Source of the DNA: an uncultured Planctomycetaceae bacterium
Lineage (GTDB): Bacteria; Planctomycetota; Planctomycetia; Pirellulales; Pirellulaceae
Direction of reading: 5' to 3'
Length of the DNA stretch: 64,000 nt
Assembly: GCA_963934735.1 (NCBI GenBank)
Contig: CAWVZW010000002.1
Coordinates: forward strand, 3,919-67,918
Notes under the pieces: model-generated
Databases searched by the model: none
What the model was told of the DNA's origin: nothing
Seen by the model: the letters and a program-made list of their open reading frames with translations, nothing else
Part shown: positions 29,906 to 38,931 of the stretch, piece after piece
Layout of the letters: every line of letters begins with the position of its first letter
Position numbering within the stretch: position 1 is the stretch's first letter
Position numbers and translations under genes: made by a program

Positions 29906-30313
29906 ATGACGAACAGTACAAACATGGAAAACGGCGACAACTTGAATAGGCGTCTAACGTTTCCCAAATCTAGGCGACTGTTAGCCCCAGCGGACTTTAA
30001 GCGAGTATACGATCGAGGGGTTCATTGTAACGATCGCACTCTTGTCTTAAACATCTGCTCCAATGGCTTAGGTCACACTCGACTCGGATTATCTATCTCC
30101 AAACAAGTAGGCAACGCGGTTGTGCGAAACCGCTGGAAACGGCGCATTCGCGAAGCGTTCCGTTGCAGTCAACAAGACTATCATGAAGGGGTTGATATTG
30201 TCGTGCGACCGCGTCGAGATGCTATTTGCGATTCTCAAGCAATTAATACGTCACTGCATCAATTGATTCTCCAAGCAATTCAACAATTGTCTAGCCACAG
30301 TAACAATTCATGA
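29906..30313 (+). CDS. rnpA: Ribonuclease P protein component
   Basis: [15 protein letters not shown] and the basic RNR-like motif [15 protein letters not shown]. It is followed by yidD with a 4-nt overlap. Confidence 0.8.
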   Translation: MTNSTNMENGDNLNRRLTFPKSRRLLAPADFKRVYDRGVHCNDRTLVLNICSNGLGHTRLGLSISKQVGNAVVRNRWKRRIREAFRCSQQDYHEGVDIVVRPRRDAICDSQAINTSLHQLILQAIQQLSSHSNNS

Positions 30314-30558
30314 ACTCCTTGCAGCAGATAGTTAAATGGTGCTTTCGCGGACTGGAGAAGATCCTCATAGGCTGTGTCCGACTCTATCAAATTCTGTTGA
30401 GTCCTCTGCTTGGAAAAAACTGCCGTTTTCATCCTTCATGCAGCAGTTATTTCATTCTAGCCGTTGAAAAATACGGTCCCGTACGCGGTAGCATCAAAGG
30501 TGCCTGGCGTATCTGTCGCTGCCATCCTTGGAGCGCAGGCGGTCACGACCCACCTTAG
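30310..30558 (+). CDS. yidD: Membrane protein insertion efficiency factor YidD
   Basis: [22 protein letters not shown]...[22 protein letters not shown] is the YidD signature. Confidence 0.85.
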   Translation: MNSLQQIVKWCFRGLEKILIGCVRLYQILLSPLLGKNCRFHPSCSSYFILAVEKYGPVRGSIKGAWRICRCHPWSAGGHDPP

Positions 30559-30639
30559 GGTTCGCCGGTCAGGTTCCAAGTCTATAAATTCCGCATCCGC
30601 AAGTAGGACGTTCCCTAAAGAAACGCTACGTGCTGGCAC

Positions 30640-30681
30640 AATGGTATTGACCTAAAACGGCTAAAACCATTATTTTTTGGG
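30640..30681 (+). terminator. Candidate weak terminator after rnpA-yidD
   Basis: AATGGT (30640-30645) pairs with ACCATT (30666-30671) and is followed by ATTTTTTGGG. The stem is short and the loop is 20 nt, so confidence is low. Confidence 0.3.
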
Positions 30682-30743
30682 CTTAAATCAAACGTTCAAC
30701 AGTGACCGAGGCGCGTTAGCAGTAAACACTGCGCGCCGATGGT

Positions 30744-30759
30744 ATTTATATATATAAAT
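30744..30759. repeat. Perfect 16-bp AT-only palindrome ATTTATATATATAAAT
   Basis: Read directly from the sequence. It lies 2 nt before the first ATG (30762) and 27 nt before the more plausible ATG (30786) of the FlgI-like gene. Confidence 0.9.
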
Positions 30760-30761
30760 GC

Positions 30762-32633
30762 ATGCCTACCGGAGTTATCGTCCGCATGAGTTTTCATAAC
30801 AATTCGTCTCAATGCACACTTAAACGAATTCAACATTTCGTAGTCTTGCTCGCTTGCACTGCTCCAATCGCTTTTATCTCAGGGTGTAGCCTAGCCGACA
30901 AGATTCCCGGCAAGAATCAACTACAGAATTTGATCGGTGAAAAACCTGAAAAAACAGTGTTAACCGTTGGCGACCTTTCCGTCGCGATCGGAATGAACTA
31001 CCTCAAGGTCGAAAGCATTGGTCTCGCCAACTCACTCAACAACAGTGGCAGTTCCCCTCCCACTGGCATCCATCGCTCACTATTAATCGACGAGATGCTG
31101 ACACATGAGGTCGAAAACCCAAGTCAACTTTTGGATTCTGCCAACACTTCTTTAGTCTTGGCACGTGGTTATTTACCGCCGGGCGTACGCAAGGGCGATC
31201 ATTTTGACATTGAAGTCCGCTTGCCTGCACATTCCAACACGACGAGCCTACGTGATGGATGGATGTTGCGTTCAAGAATGAGGGAAATCGCCATTTTGAA
31301 TCAAGCCGTTCACAGCGGTCATGTCGCTGCACTTGCCGACGGTCCTATCTTGGTCCGTTCCATATTTCGTGGCAACGACGACACCAACAACGAACACACA
31401 GGCTTGATACTCGGCGGCGGCATTTCGCAAATGGACCGCCCACTTGGACTCGTCGTAAAATCAAAACACACCAGTGTCCGCACCAGTACTCGGATCAGTT
31501 CTTCGATTAATAAACGGTTTCTACAGTATCATCAACGGGATAAATCGGGCGTTGCTAGCGCTCAGCGTGACAATTATATCGAACTGTCAGTCCATGCAAG
31601 TTATCGCAATAACGTCTCGAGATATATGAACGTCATCAATCGAATTGTTGTTGGCGAAAGCGTCGCCGATCAGCGAGAACGTATGGAACTGTTATTATCC
31701 AAACTCCTCGAACCAACGTCCTCTGCCGAAGCGGCCCTGCAACTCGAAGCCATTGGGAAAGATACCACTTCGATACTGCAAATGGGGATCCAATCAAGTG
31801 ACCCAGAAGTGCAATTTTATTCCGCCGAAGCATTGGCATATCTCGGCGAGTCCGCAGCAGCACCTGTTCTCACAGTTCTCGCAGAGACGCACATGGCCTT
31901 CCGCTGGCATGCATTAACCGCCCTAGCTGGCATGGATCACGTCAGCGCACTGGACGGCATTACTGAATTAATGGAATCCGACAGCGCGGAAACACGCTAC
32001 GGTGCATTCACGGCATTATGGAAACGGAATCCAGGTTCGCCCTTGGTTTCAGGAATGCACTATCCCGGATTCACCTTCCATCACGTCGCCTCCCCCGCTT
32101 CGGCGATGATCCACGTCTCCATGGCGAATCGAGCCGAAATTGTGGTCTTCGGTAACGGAATTAAGTTGACGCCAAGGCAAGTCATTCATGCGGGGAAGCA
32201 TATCTTGATTAAGAACGAAGGCGGGGGGAAATTGCAAATCAGCTGCTTTACAGTTGGGAAACCCGATCGCTTCGCGACAACCACTACCAGTTTGGAAGAC
32301 GTCGTGCGGGGTATTGCGAAAGTCGGTGGCGGCTATTCGGAAATCGTCGATTGCTTACAGGCAGCTCGCAACCAAAACGCGATCAATGCCCGTATCCTCA
32401 TCGGTGTGCGCCCGAGGCCCGTTTGGTCATACAACCGCAACGCTGCCAATTCAACTGACATCACAGTGTCGAACCCCATGCCGGAAATGTTTTTTAACCG
32501 CCTCGGAGAATCTGAATCCACCACTCAAGACCGTAACTCCCAACGAGTCCAATCTGACGAAGACTCCGCCGTGCGCTCAGACGGTGAATCAAGTTTCTGG
32601 GAAAAATCCCAGTCGTGGCTTCCCAGTTTCTAG
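30762..32633 (+). CDS. FlgI (flagellar P-ring)-like lipoprotein with internal HEAT-repeat insertion
   Basis: Lipobox FISGC after a hydrophobic stretch; alternative start at 30786. FlgI-like blocks: VESIGLANSLNNSGSSP, TSLVLARGYLPPGVRKGDHFDIEV....TSLRDGWML and the C-terminal TSLEDVVRGIAKVGGGYSEIVDCLQAARNQNAINARI. Residues ~300-430 are HEAT-like (SSDPEVQFYSAEALAYLGESAAAPVL, DSAETRYGAFTAL). Confidence 0.6.
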   Translation: MPTGVIVRMSFHNNSSQCTLKRIQHFVVLLACTAPIAFISGCSLADKIPGKNQLQNLIGEKPEKTVLTVGDLSVAIGMNYLKVESIGLANSLNNSGSSPPTGIHRSLLIDEMLTHEVENPSQLLDSANTSLVLARGYLPPGVRKGDHFDIEVRLPAHSNTTSLRDGWMLRSRMREIAILNQAVHSGHVAALADGPILVRSIFRGNDDTNNEHTGLILGGGISQMDRPLGLVVKSKHTSVRTSTRISSSINKRFLQYHQRDKSGVASAQRDNYIELSVHASYRNNVSRYMNVINRIVVGESVADQRERMELLLSKLLEPTSSAEAALQLEAIGKDTTSILQMGIQSSDPEVQFYSAEALAYLGESAAAPVLTVLAETHMAFRWHALTALAGMDHVSALDGITELMESDSAETRYGAFTALWKRNPGSPLVSGMHYPGFTFHHVASPASAMIHVSMANRAEIVVFGNGIKLTPRQVIHAGKHILIKNEGGGKLQISCFTVGKPDRFATTTTSLEDVVRGIAKVGGGYSEIVDCLQAARNQNAINARILIGVRPRPVWSYNRNAANSTDITVSNPMPEMFFNRLGESESTTQDRNSQRVQSDEDSAVRSDGESSFWEKSQSWLPSF

Positions 32634-32698
32634 TTTTATTTCTAATCCCGATTACCCGTACCGTTTCTTAGTTTCTGACCCGAAAAGCAACTCGCCCC

Positions 32699-35600
32699 AT
32701 GCTCAAAGCACTGGAACTTACCGGCTTTAAAAGCTTCGCCGAGAAGACGCGGTTTGAATTCCCAGAGGGAATAACCGTGGTGGTGGGTCCCAATGGGTCT
32801 GGAAAGTCGAATATTGTTGACGCTGTAAAGTGGGTACTCGGATCAACTAGCGCCAAAAGCCTCCGCGGCAAGGAAATGACGGATGTTATTTTCAAAAGCC
32901 CAGCGAACAGTTCGCGGCGTGAAGTCAATGTTGCCGAAGCGACAATCATCTTCGATAACTCGAATGATATCCTGCCGCTCGACTCCGCAGAAGTAAGGGT
33001 GACTCGACGCGTATACCGTAGCGGCGAAGGTGAATATTTAATTAACGACGAGCCCTGTAGGCTAAAAGATATCAAAACCTTGATTCGTGGAACCGGTATC
33101 GGTGCCGATTCCTACAGTATTATCGAACAGGGCAAGGTTGCGAGGATGCTCGAAACGTCGGCCAAAGATCGCCGGCAAATATTCGAGGAAGCTGCGGGGA
33201 TCAGTCGCTTTAAAGCGAAAAAGGTAGAAGCACTGCGGCGACTGGGCAGAGTCGACCAAAATCTGACGCGACTATCCGACATCGTGGAGGAAGTCGAAGG
33301 CCGCTTGAAGGCAGTACGTAATCAAGCAACCAAGGCACGGCGTTACAAAGAGTTTACTGATCGCTTGCAGCAATTGCGAACACAAATCGGTATGGTTCAG
33401 TGGCGGCAACTTTCTAATCAACTGCAAGCGTACGACGAAGCTATTGCGCGCTTCGAAGAGGAACTTTCCGAGTATCAGAACCAGCAGAATCAGGGAAATC
33501 AATCCCTAGAAAGTCTGGCACTAGAAAATGATTCCCTCGCACAACAAGCTCAACACAAAGAGGAATTGGCCAGCAATAACCGCGAACACATTGCACAGCA
33601 CGTTACTGCAAATGAACAGCAACTACAACGACTTGATGAAACTACCGCTCGTATTGCCCGGTTGCGGGTTCAGTTAGCAACAGCGTCCCACGGGGCGGAC
33701 GGTGTTCAGGGCCGAATGGCTGACATACAACAGACTCTACTAGCAAGTGAGCAACAACACAAAGCTACGCTAAGTTCACTTGGCGTACGTGATATTGATA
33801 TCACGGACATCAAACAAAACCTGAGTGACGCACGCAGTGACACTGAAAGTTCTCGACAACAACAAAGTGATGTTGCACAACAAATCGCCCAAGTGCAATC
33901 CGTTTGCCAAGGGTTAGAAACTAACGCTTCTCAGTTAGTGGACCAATTTACAGATATCGAACGAGTTATCGCTGACAAGGCATCAACCGCAGCGGAAATT
34001 AAAAGCGATTTACTGAACCTGCAAACTATCGAAGAAGCACTTGGACACAACATTCACGACTTGGAGACAGAGGAAGAGACGCTGCGACGGGAAAGCTTGC
34101 GACAAAAGCAATTACTGACTCGACGCCAACAGAATCTAACGCAACTCAACCAACGATTAACGGCCAAACGGGAACGTGAAAGTATTCTTGCCGAATTGGA
34201 ACAGCAACGCGAAGGCGTCAACAGTTCGGTAAGCCAATTGCTCGGAGAAGCGGATGAGGGAGCGCATCAAGATCTGGGGATTATTGGTCTCGTTGCCGAT
34301 CTCGTACAAGCCGACTTTGAGACCGCCCGTTTGATCGATATCGCGCTGGGCGATCGCGCCCAGTTAGTTGTTACTAGTAATGATAATCTCTTGGCACAAG
34401 TCAGCAATGGAAGTATCTCATTAAAGACACGTTTGGGCGTGATTAACTTCCAATCACTCGCGTCACCCGAAACGCAACTTGACATCAGTGATTCGCCGGG
34501 CGTCATCGGTCGACTCGACCAAGCTGTCCAAATTGACTCTGCCTATGGCAATCTGCTAACCGTCCTGTTGTCTAACACGTGGATTGTCGATGATCTCACC
34601 AACGCACACTCATTAGCAAAACGATATCCTGGGCACTTGCGTTTAATAACGCCTCAAGCCGAGTTGCTGGACTGCAACGGGGCAGTTTGTGTCGGACCGC
34701 CAGACAATTGTACGGGGTTGGTTTCACGACGAATGGAACTCCGCGGATTGCAGCAAGACATTTATGTCTTAACAGCGCAAACAAGTGACCACCGAGCCGA
34801 GCTAACACGGATCGAGAACAATCAATCCGAATTGAATACTAAGCTCGATGAAACAGTCGCTCAACTCAACTCCGACCGCCAAGCTATCCTGAAACACCAA
34901 ATCACTTCGGATGGCTATCAGGCACAACTAACACAGCTAGCCGATGAAGGGTCCGAGCTTGACGGACAACGGCGTGCCTTACGAGTCCAACAACAGATCA
35001 ATAAATCCTCGTTGAACCTCCAACACGCGAGCCTCGAAGAATTACAAACGACGCAAACCCAACACATCGACGCGGTCCAAGAATTCCAGCAGACGGCGGA
35101 GAGACTAGATAAAGAACACCAATCGACCCTCAATAGCATCACCAATCTACGCGTCACACTAGGAAAAACTGAACAGCAATGTACCGCCCTGCAAACACAG
35201 CTCGATCAATATGCCCTTGACCACGAAGAGCGGATAGCAGCTTGTCAGGAACAAACCGAATTACTACGCAACGCCACGTCAAACGCCACGCAAAGTAGGA
35301 TGAAAATTTTAAGTGGTACTTCGGCGTTAGCAGAACTTTACTTGGCTAAGGATACACACCGCTCACGGAGTCAAGAACTACGTGAACAGGTTGCCGAGGG
35401 TGAACAACAACGGCGACAAATCACAAACTCACTCAACTCGACGCAAGCTGCCATGGAGCAGATCACTAAGGACAAGCACGAGCGCGAGCTTAATAGCCGC
35501 GAAATGCGACTAGAACGCACGGCGCTGCAGGATCGTTTGAGGGAAGACTATGGCATTGAGATTGCTAATTTACACGTCGAGCATGAAACCGACGCCGAAA

Positions 35601-36310
35601 TAGAACAACGAGAACAAGTCGAAGAAGAAATAACGACACTACGGACAAAGATCAACAATATTGGCGCGGTGAACATGGAAGCCCTCGGTGAACTCAATGA
35701 CCTAGAATCAAGGTTTGACGTTCTTTCGGCGCAATTCACCGATCTTACAAATGCCAAAGAAACGCTCGAAAAAATCATACAGCGCATCAATGCCGATAGT
35801 CGCCGCTTATTCCTTGAGACGCTGGAACAAATCCGGATTAACTTCCAAGTGTTATATCGGCAAGCGTTTGGCGGTGGCCAAGCAGATATCATCCTGGAGG
35901 AAGGTGTCGATGTACTTGAGGCTGGAGTAGAAATCATTACTTCGCCGCCAGGAAAGCCCTTGATTAATATTTCATTGTTAAGTGGTGGAGAAAAAGCACT
36001 GACCGCAGTCTCGCTGCTGCTTGCAATTTTCCAATTCCGGCCTAGCCCGTTTTGTATATTGGACGAAGTCGATGCGCCCTTCGACGAAGCCAACATCGGA
36101 CGGTTTATTAAAGTACTCAAAGGGTTCCTTGATTGGTCGCGATTCATCATCGTCACCCATTCCAAGAAAACAATGACCGCTGCGGATACACTATTTGGAG
36201 TAACCATGCAGGAGTCTGGTGTCAGCAAACAAGTCTCTGTTCGTTTTGAAGATGTTGCTGAGGACGGTAGCATAGCAGCGGATCACACAAATGTCTCCAA
36301 AGCAGCATAG
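32699..36310 (+). CDS. smc: Chromosome segregation protein SMC
   Basis: 1203 aa with Walker A GPNGSGKSN, long Gln/Glu/Leu-rich coiled coils, hinge (GIIGLVADLV), signature LSGGEKALTA and Walker B CILDEVDAPFDEAN. Confidence 0.95.
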   Translation: MLKALELTGFKSFAEKTRFEFPEGITVVVGPNGSGKSNIVDAVKWVLGSTSAKSLRGKEMTDVIFKSPANSSRREVNVAEATIIFDNSNDILPLDSAEVRVTRRVYRSGEGEYLINDEPCRLKDIKTLIRGTGIGADSYSIIEQGKVARMLETSAKDRRQIFEEAAGISRFKAKKVEALRRLGRVDQNLTRLSDIVEEVEGRLKAVRNQATKARRYKEFTDRLQQLRTQIGMVQWRQLSNQLQAYDEAIARFEEELSEYQNQQNQGNQSLESLALENDSLAQQAQHKEELASNNREHIAQHVTANEQQLQRLDETTARIARLRVQLATASHGADGVQGRMADIQQTLLASEQQHKATLSSLGVRDIDITDIKQNLSDARSDTESSRQQQSDVAQQIAQVQSVCQGLETNASQLVDQFTDIERVIADKASTAAEIKSDLLNLQTIEEALGHNIHDLETEEETLRRESLRQKQLLTRRQQNLTQLNQRLTAKRERESILAELEQQREGVNSSVSQLLGEADEGAHQDLGIIGLVADLVQADFETARLIDIALGDRAQLVVTSNDNLLAQVSNGSISLKTRLGVINFQSLASPETQLDISDSPGVIGRLDQAVQIDSAYGNLLTVLLSNTWIVDDLTNAHSLAKRYPGHLRLITPQAELLDCNGAVCVGPPDNCTGLVSRRMELRGLQQDIYVLTAQTSDHRAELTRIENNQSELNTKLDETVAQLNSDRQAILKHQITSDGYQAQLTQLADEGSELDGQRRALRVQQQINKSSLNLQHASLEELQTTQTQHIDAVQEFQQTAERLDKEHQSTLNSITNLRVTLGKTEQQCTALQTQLDQYALDHEERIAACQEQTELLRNATSNATQSRMKILSGTSALAELYLAKDTHRSRSQELREQVAEGEQQRRQITNSLNSTQAAMEQITKDKHERELNSREMRLERTALQDRLREDYGIEIANLHVEHETDAEIEQREQVEEEITTLRTKINNIGAVNMEALGELNDLESRFDVLSAQFTDLTNAKETLEKIIQRINADSRRLFLETLEQIRINFQVLYRQAFGGGQADIILEEGVDVLEAGVEIITSPPGKPLINISLLSGGEKALTAVSLLLAIFQFRPSPFCILDEVDAPFDEANIGRFIKVLKGFLDWSRFIIVTHSKKTMTAADTLFGVTMQESGVSKQVSVRFEDVAEDGSIAADHTNVSKAA

Positions 36311-36485
36311 AAAAGTGAATGGACAATACGGCGACAAAAGACCGGATATTTGAATAAGTTACACTAATATACGCGCATTTTTTTACGTTTATGCGCATAA
36401 TATGGCAACTTAGAAAAGACATCCCACTGGGTTGACCTATTTTCCGCCGCAAATTTACAAGGCATGGAATCGTCGGAGAGAACAT

Positions 36486-36941
36486 ATGAGATGCCCATTT
36501 TGCCAACAGGATGACGACCGCGTACTAGATTCACGCTCTAGTACGGATGGATATTCTATACGACGCAGGCGTGAATGTCTTAATTGTGAGCGTCGCTACA
36601 CGACCTACGAACGTTTGGAAGAGCTTTCCATTCGCGTGATTAAGAAGGACGGCATTCGTGAATCGTTTTGCCGCGACAAGATTCGACAGGGCGTTGTCAA
36701 GGCATGCTGGAAACGTCCGGTAAGCACTGAAGACATTGAATCGCTAATTTCGGAAATTGAAAGCGAAATCTACACCCAAAGCAACAACGAGATAAGTGCC
36801 TCTAAGATTGGTGAGATCGTGATGATTTCCTTAGGCAACTTCGATCAAGTCGCATTCGTGCGTTTTGCTAGCGTGTACCGTGAGTTCAAAGATGTACGGG
36901 ATTTTGTCGACGAACTACAACCGATTCTTGATCGATCGTAA
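36486..36941 (+). CDS. nrdR: Transcriptional repressor NrdR
   Basis: The ATG at 36486 gives MRCPFCQQDDDRVLDSR...CLNCERRYTTYE (zinc ribbon) plus an ATP-cone. The ORF-track start at 36432 adds 18 residues. Confidence 0.9.
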   Translation: MRCPFCQQDDDRVLDSRSSTDGYSIRRRRECLNCERRYTTYERLEELSIRVIKKDGIRESFCRDKIRQGVVKACWKRPVSTEDIESLISEIESEIYTQSNNEISASKIGEIVMISLGNFDQVAFVRFASVYREFKDVRDFVDELQPILDRS

Positions 36942-36965
36942 TAAAAGTTCGAATCCGTTTAGAGC

Positions 36966-37448
36966 TTACCCACGACCTTCCGATTTGAAGGGACCAGATT
37001 TTCCTCCGGTCTTCTCGACAAGCTCAATCGCCCCGATCATCATCTCACGGTCCATCGCCTTACACATGTCGTAAATTGTCAACCCAGCAACGCTCACGGC
37101 CGTCAACGCTTCCATTTCCACACCCGTCTTGCCTGTCACTTTGACCGTCGCAACTATTTGCAAACGTTCGTCGTCCAGTTGTTCAAAATCGACGTTGATA
37201 GAACTTAGCGCTAAGGGGTGGCACAGTGGGATCAGCAGGGACGTTTGCTTGGCGCCCATGATCCCAGCTAGACGCGCAACTCCGAGCACGTCGCCCTTAC
37301 CTACTTCGCCCGCCACAATACGCTGCATTGTCTGTTGAGCCATCGTGACGATTCCTTGGGCTCGAGCCATCCTCTCGCTTGGATCTTTCCCACCAACGTC
37401 CACCATTTGCGCACGGCCTTGATCATCGAAATGGTTGAGTTCACTCAT
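36966..37448 (-). CDS. moaC: Cyclic pyranopterin monophosphate synthase
   Basis: 160 aa with [40 protein letters not shown] and [27 protein letters not shown]. Confidence 0.9.
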   Translation of the reverse strand: MSELNHFDDQGRAQMVDVGGKDPSERMARAQGIVTMAQQTMQRIVAGEVGKGDVLGVARLAGIMGAKQTSLLIPLCHPLALSSINVDFEQLDDERLQIVATVKVTGKTGVEMEALTAVSVAGLTIYDMCKAMDREMMIGAIELVEKTGGKSGPFKSEGRG

Positions 37449-37540
37449 GGGTTTTTACCAATTCTCATCGGAACATTAAGCACGCATTGATGCGATATCG
37501 CCAATCAACATCCTATTCTAATCCGACCTAATTTCCCAGC

Positions 37541-37583
37541 GATAAACAAAAAGCGTGGTGCAGATATTAATCCACACCACGCT
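37541..37583 (-). terminator. Rho-independent terminator after the HTH-receiver gene
   Basis: On the minus strand there is a perfect 9-bp stem (AGCGTGGTG at 37552-37560 pairs with CACCACGCT at 37575-37583) with a 14-nt loop. It is followed by TTTTGTTTAT and lies 28 nt after the TAA at 37611-37613. Confidence 0.7.
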
Positions 37584-37610
37584 AGTAACTCTTTTCGCGT
37601 GAATCTGTTA

Positions 37611-38183
37611 TTAGACGAGTTCTTTACGAGCACCGATTAAGGTACGTAGTCGTTCAGCAAGCAAGCTTGCGTCGAACGGCTTCTTAAAGGTTTCGTTTAT
37701 AGCAGAGCGATCGAAGCTCATTGGGCTTCCAACATCAGGTAGCAAAGCGATTAGAATCGTTTCAGCGAACTCTGGGTTTCTGCGCAGATTCTGGCAGATT
37801 TGCAGAGATTCAACCTTACCGATTGAAAAATCGACAATGATACAATCTGGATGAAAACTTTCTGCTTGAATTCCGGCTTCGAATCCACTAGCAGCAACAG
37901 CTACTTTAAAGGATCTTTCCGTCGGTAATTCTCGCTTCAGATTTTCGATCAATACTTGGTCTTGCGCGACGATTAACACTTTGGCCATTGCTTCATCCTC
38001 AAGATCACCCAAAGGCATACCATGCTCTTTAAGGAACTTGATTAGCGAATCGCGAGGGATTCGACGATCCTGGGATCCGGGGATGCGATATCCCTGGAGT
38101 CGTCCAGAATCAAACCATTTGCTAACAGTACGCGGTGCGACTTTACAGATCTTTGCGACCTGTCCAGTGGTGAAGACCTTCAT
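37611..38183 (-). CDS. N-terminal excisionase/MerR-type HTH fused to a C-terminal receiver (REC)-like domain
   Basis: The HTH segment is FTTGQVAKICKVAPRTVSKWFDSGRL.GYRIPGSQDRRIP. The REC-like part is KVLIVAQDQ...PDCIIVDFSIG...FKKPF. The ATG at 38183 is preceded by GGAG; the ORF-track GTG is at 38192. Confidence 0.7.
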   Translation of the reverse strand: MKVFTTGQVAKICKVAPRTVSKWFDSGRLQGYRIPGSQDRRIPRDSLIKFLKEHGMPLGDLEDEAMAKVLIVAQDQVLIENLKRELPTERSFKVAVAASGFEAGIQAESFHPDCIIVDFSIGKVESLQICQNLRRNPEFAETILIALLPDVGSPMSFDRSAINETFKKPFDASLLAERLRTLIGARKELV

Positions 38184-38931
38184 TATAGGCACTCCAATTC
38201 TCTCTCGATGACTTTCTTGATAGATACACGTTGTGCATCTTTACCCCAAACCTTTGGATAACATAGTCCACGTTTTATTGTGTGGGGGCAATAAAACAAA
38301 AGGCCTTTGGGAAGGGGCTTATGTAACTCGCTTCCTATCGAAACAACCATCTCCATCTGGCTGCTTCAACTAATTTTTCATTTCATTTCTTGGAAGAATT
38401 TCACCGCGGTCACGCAAATCATGCTTGGACCACAGTAACGACTCATCCGTTGAACTAAAATGGAGTACTTCGGCGAAAGTACCGTTGTCGGGGAGAATCC
38501 GAAAAGAAAATGACCTAGACGGGTCACTGTCAGCATTCATATCCTTCTAGCTCAACATCACCTAAATGATGGTTTACTTGAAGATCCCCCCCTGGATGGT
38601 AATTTTTCCATTCTCGCCGCGATAACGAATATCATGATGAGGTGAATAAATCAACCTTCCTGTTCATACTTCGATTATTCCGAGGGTAATACTTTAACCA
38701 GTTCTATAAACGAAACGGACTTGTTGGATGATTCGTGTCGTCACGATTAGGCGTTGCTGTAACGAACATCCCAATAGATAGGCTAAAACCGCTTGTAATC
38801 GTTATGAAAGAGGTGCTTATAAGGAGGGAGATTCTGGAATTTTTGAGTAGATAAACTCGCAAAGAAAAAACTATTGCGTAGAGCGGGTAGTCCCGGAAGT
38901 TGTGTTAAGCAGGGTCGAGTTTAACGATAAG

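Noticed and set aside
35548-36273. 241-aa antisense ORF inside smc. Similar long antisense or alternate-frame ORFs occur at 4325-5098, 3099-3623, 12079-12633, 20022-20645 and 50644-51204.
   Set aside because: All overlap genes with clear family motifs. Their translations are Ser/Arg/Pro/Cys-rich with no domains. They are expected shadow frames of moderately GC-balanced coding DNA.
36358-36376. ACACTAATAT half-site upstream of nrdR resembling an NrdR box
   Set aside because: Only one half of the 16-bp palindromic consensus is present and the second half (ACGCGC) does not match. NrdR boxes are expected at nrd operons, and none is in the window.
38233-38250. Sigma-54-like element (minus strand TTGGGGTAAAGATGCAC) upstream of the HTH-receiver gene, which is tempting because rpoN is adjacent
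   Set aside because: The GG-to-GC spacing is one nucleotide short of the TGGCAC-N5-TTGCW geometry, and the -24 box is poor (TGGGGT).
38370-38540. 56-aa minus-strand ORF in the rpoN/regulator spacer as a real gene
   Set aside because: It has no recognisable motif, the Shine-Dalgarno spacing is too short (AGGA one nt from the ATG), and it is below any size I can support from sequence alone. It is mentioned only within the spacer finding.
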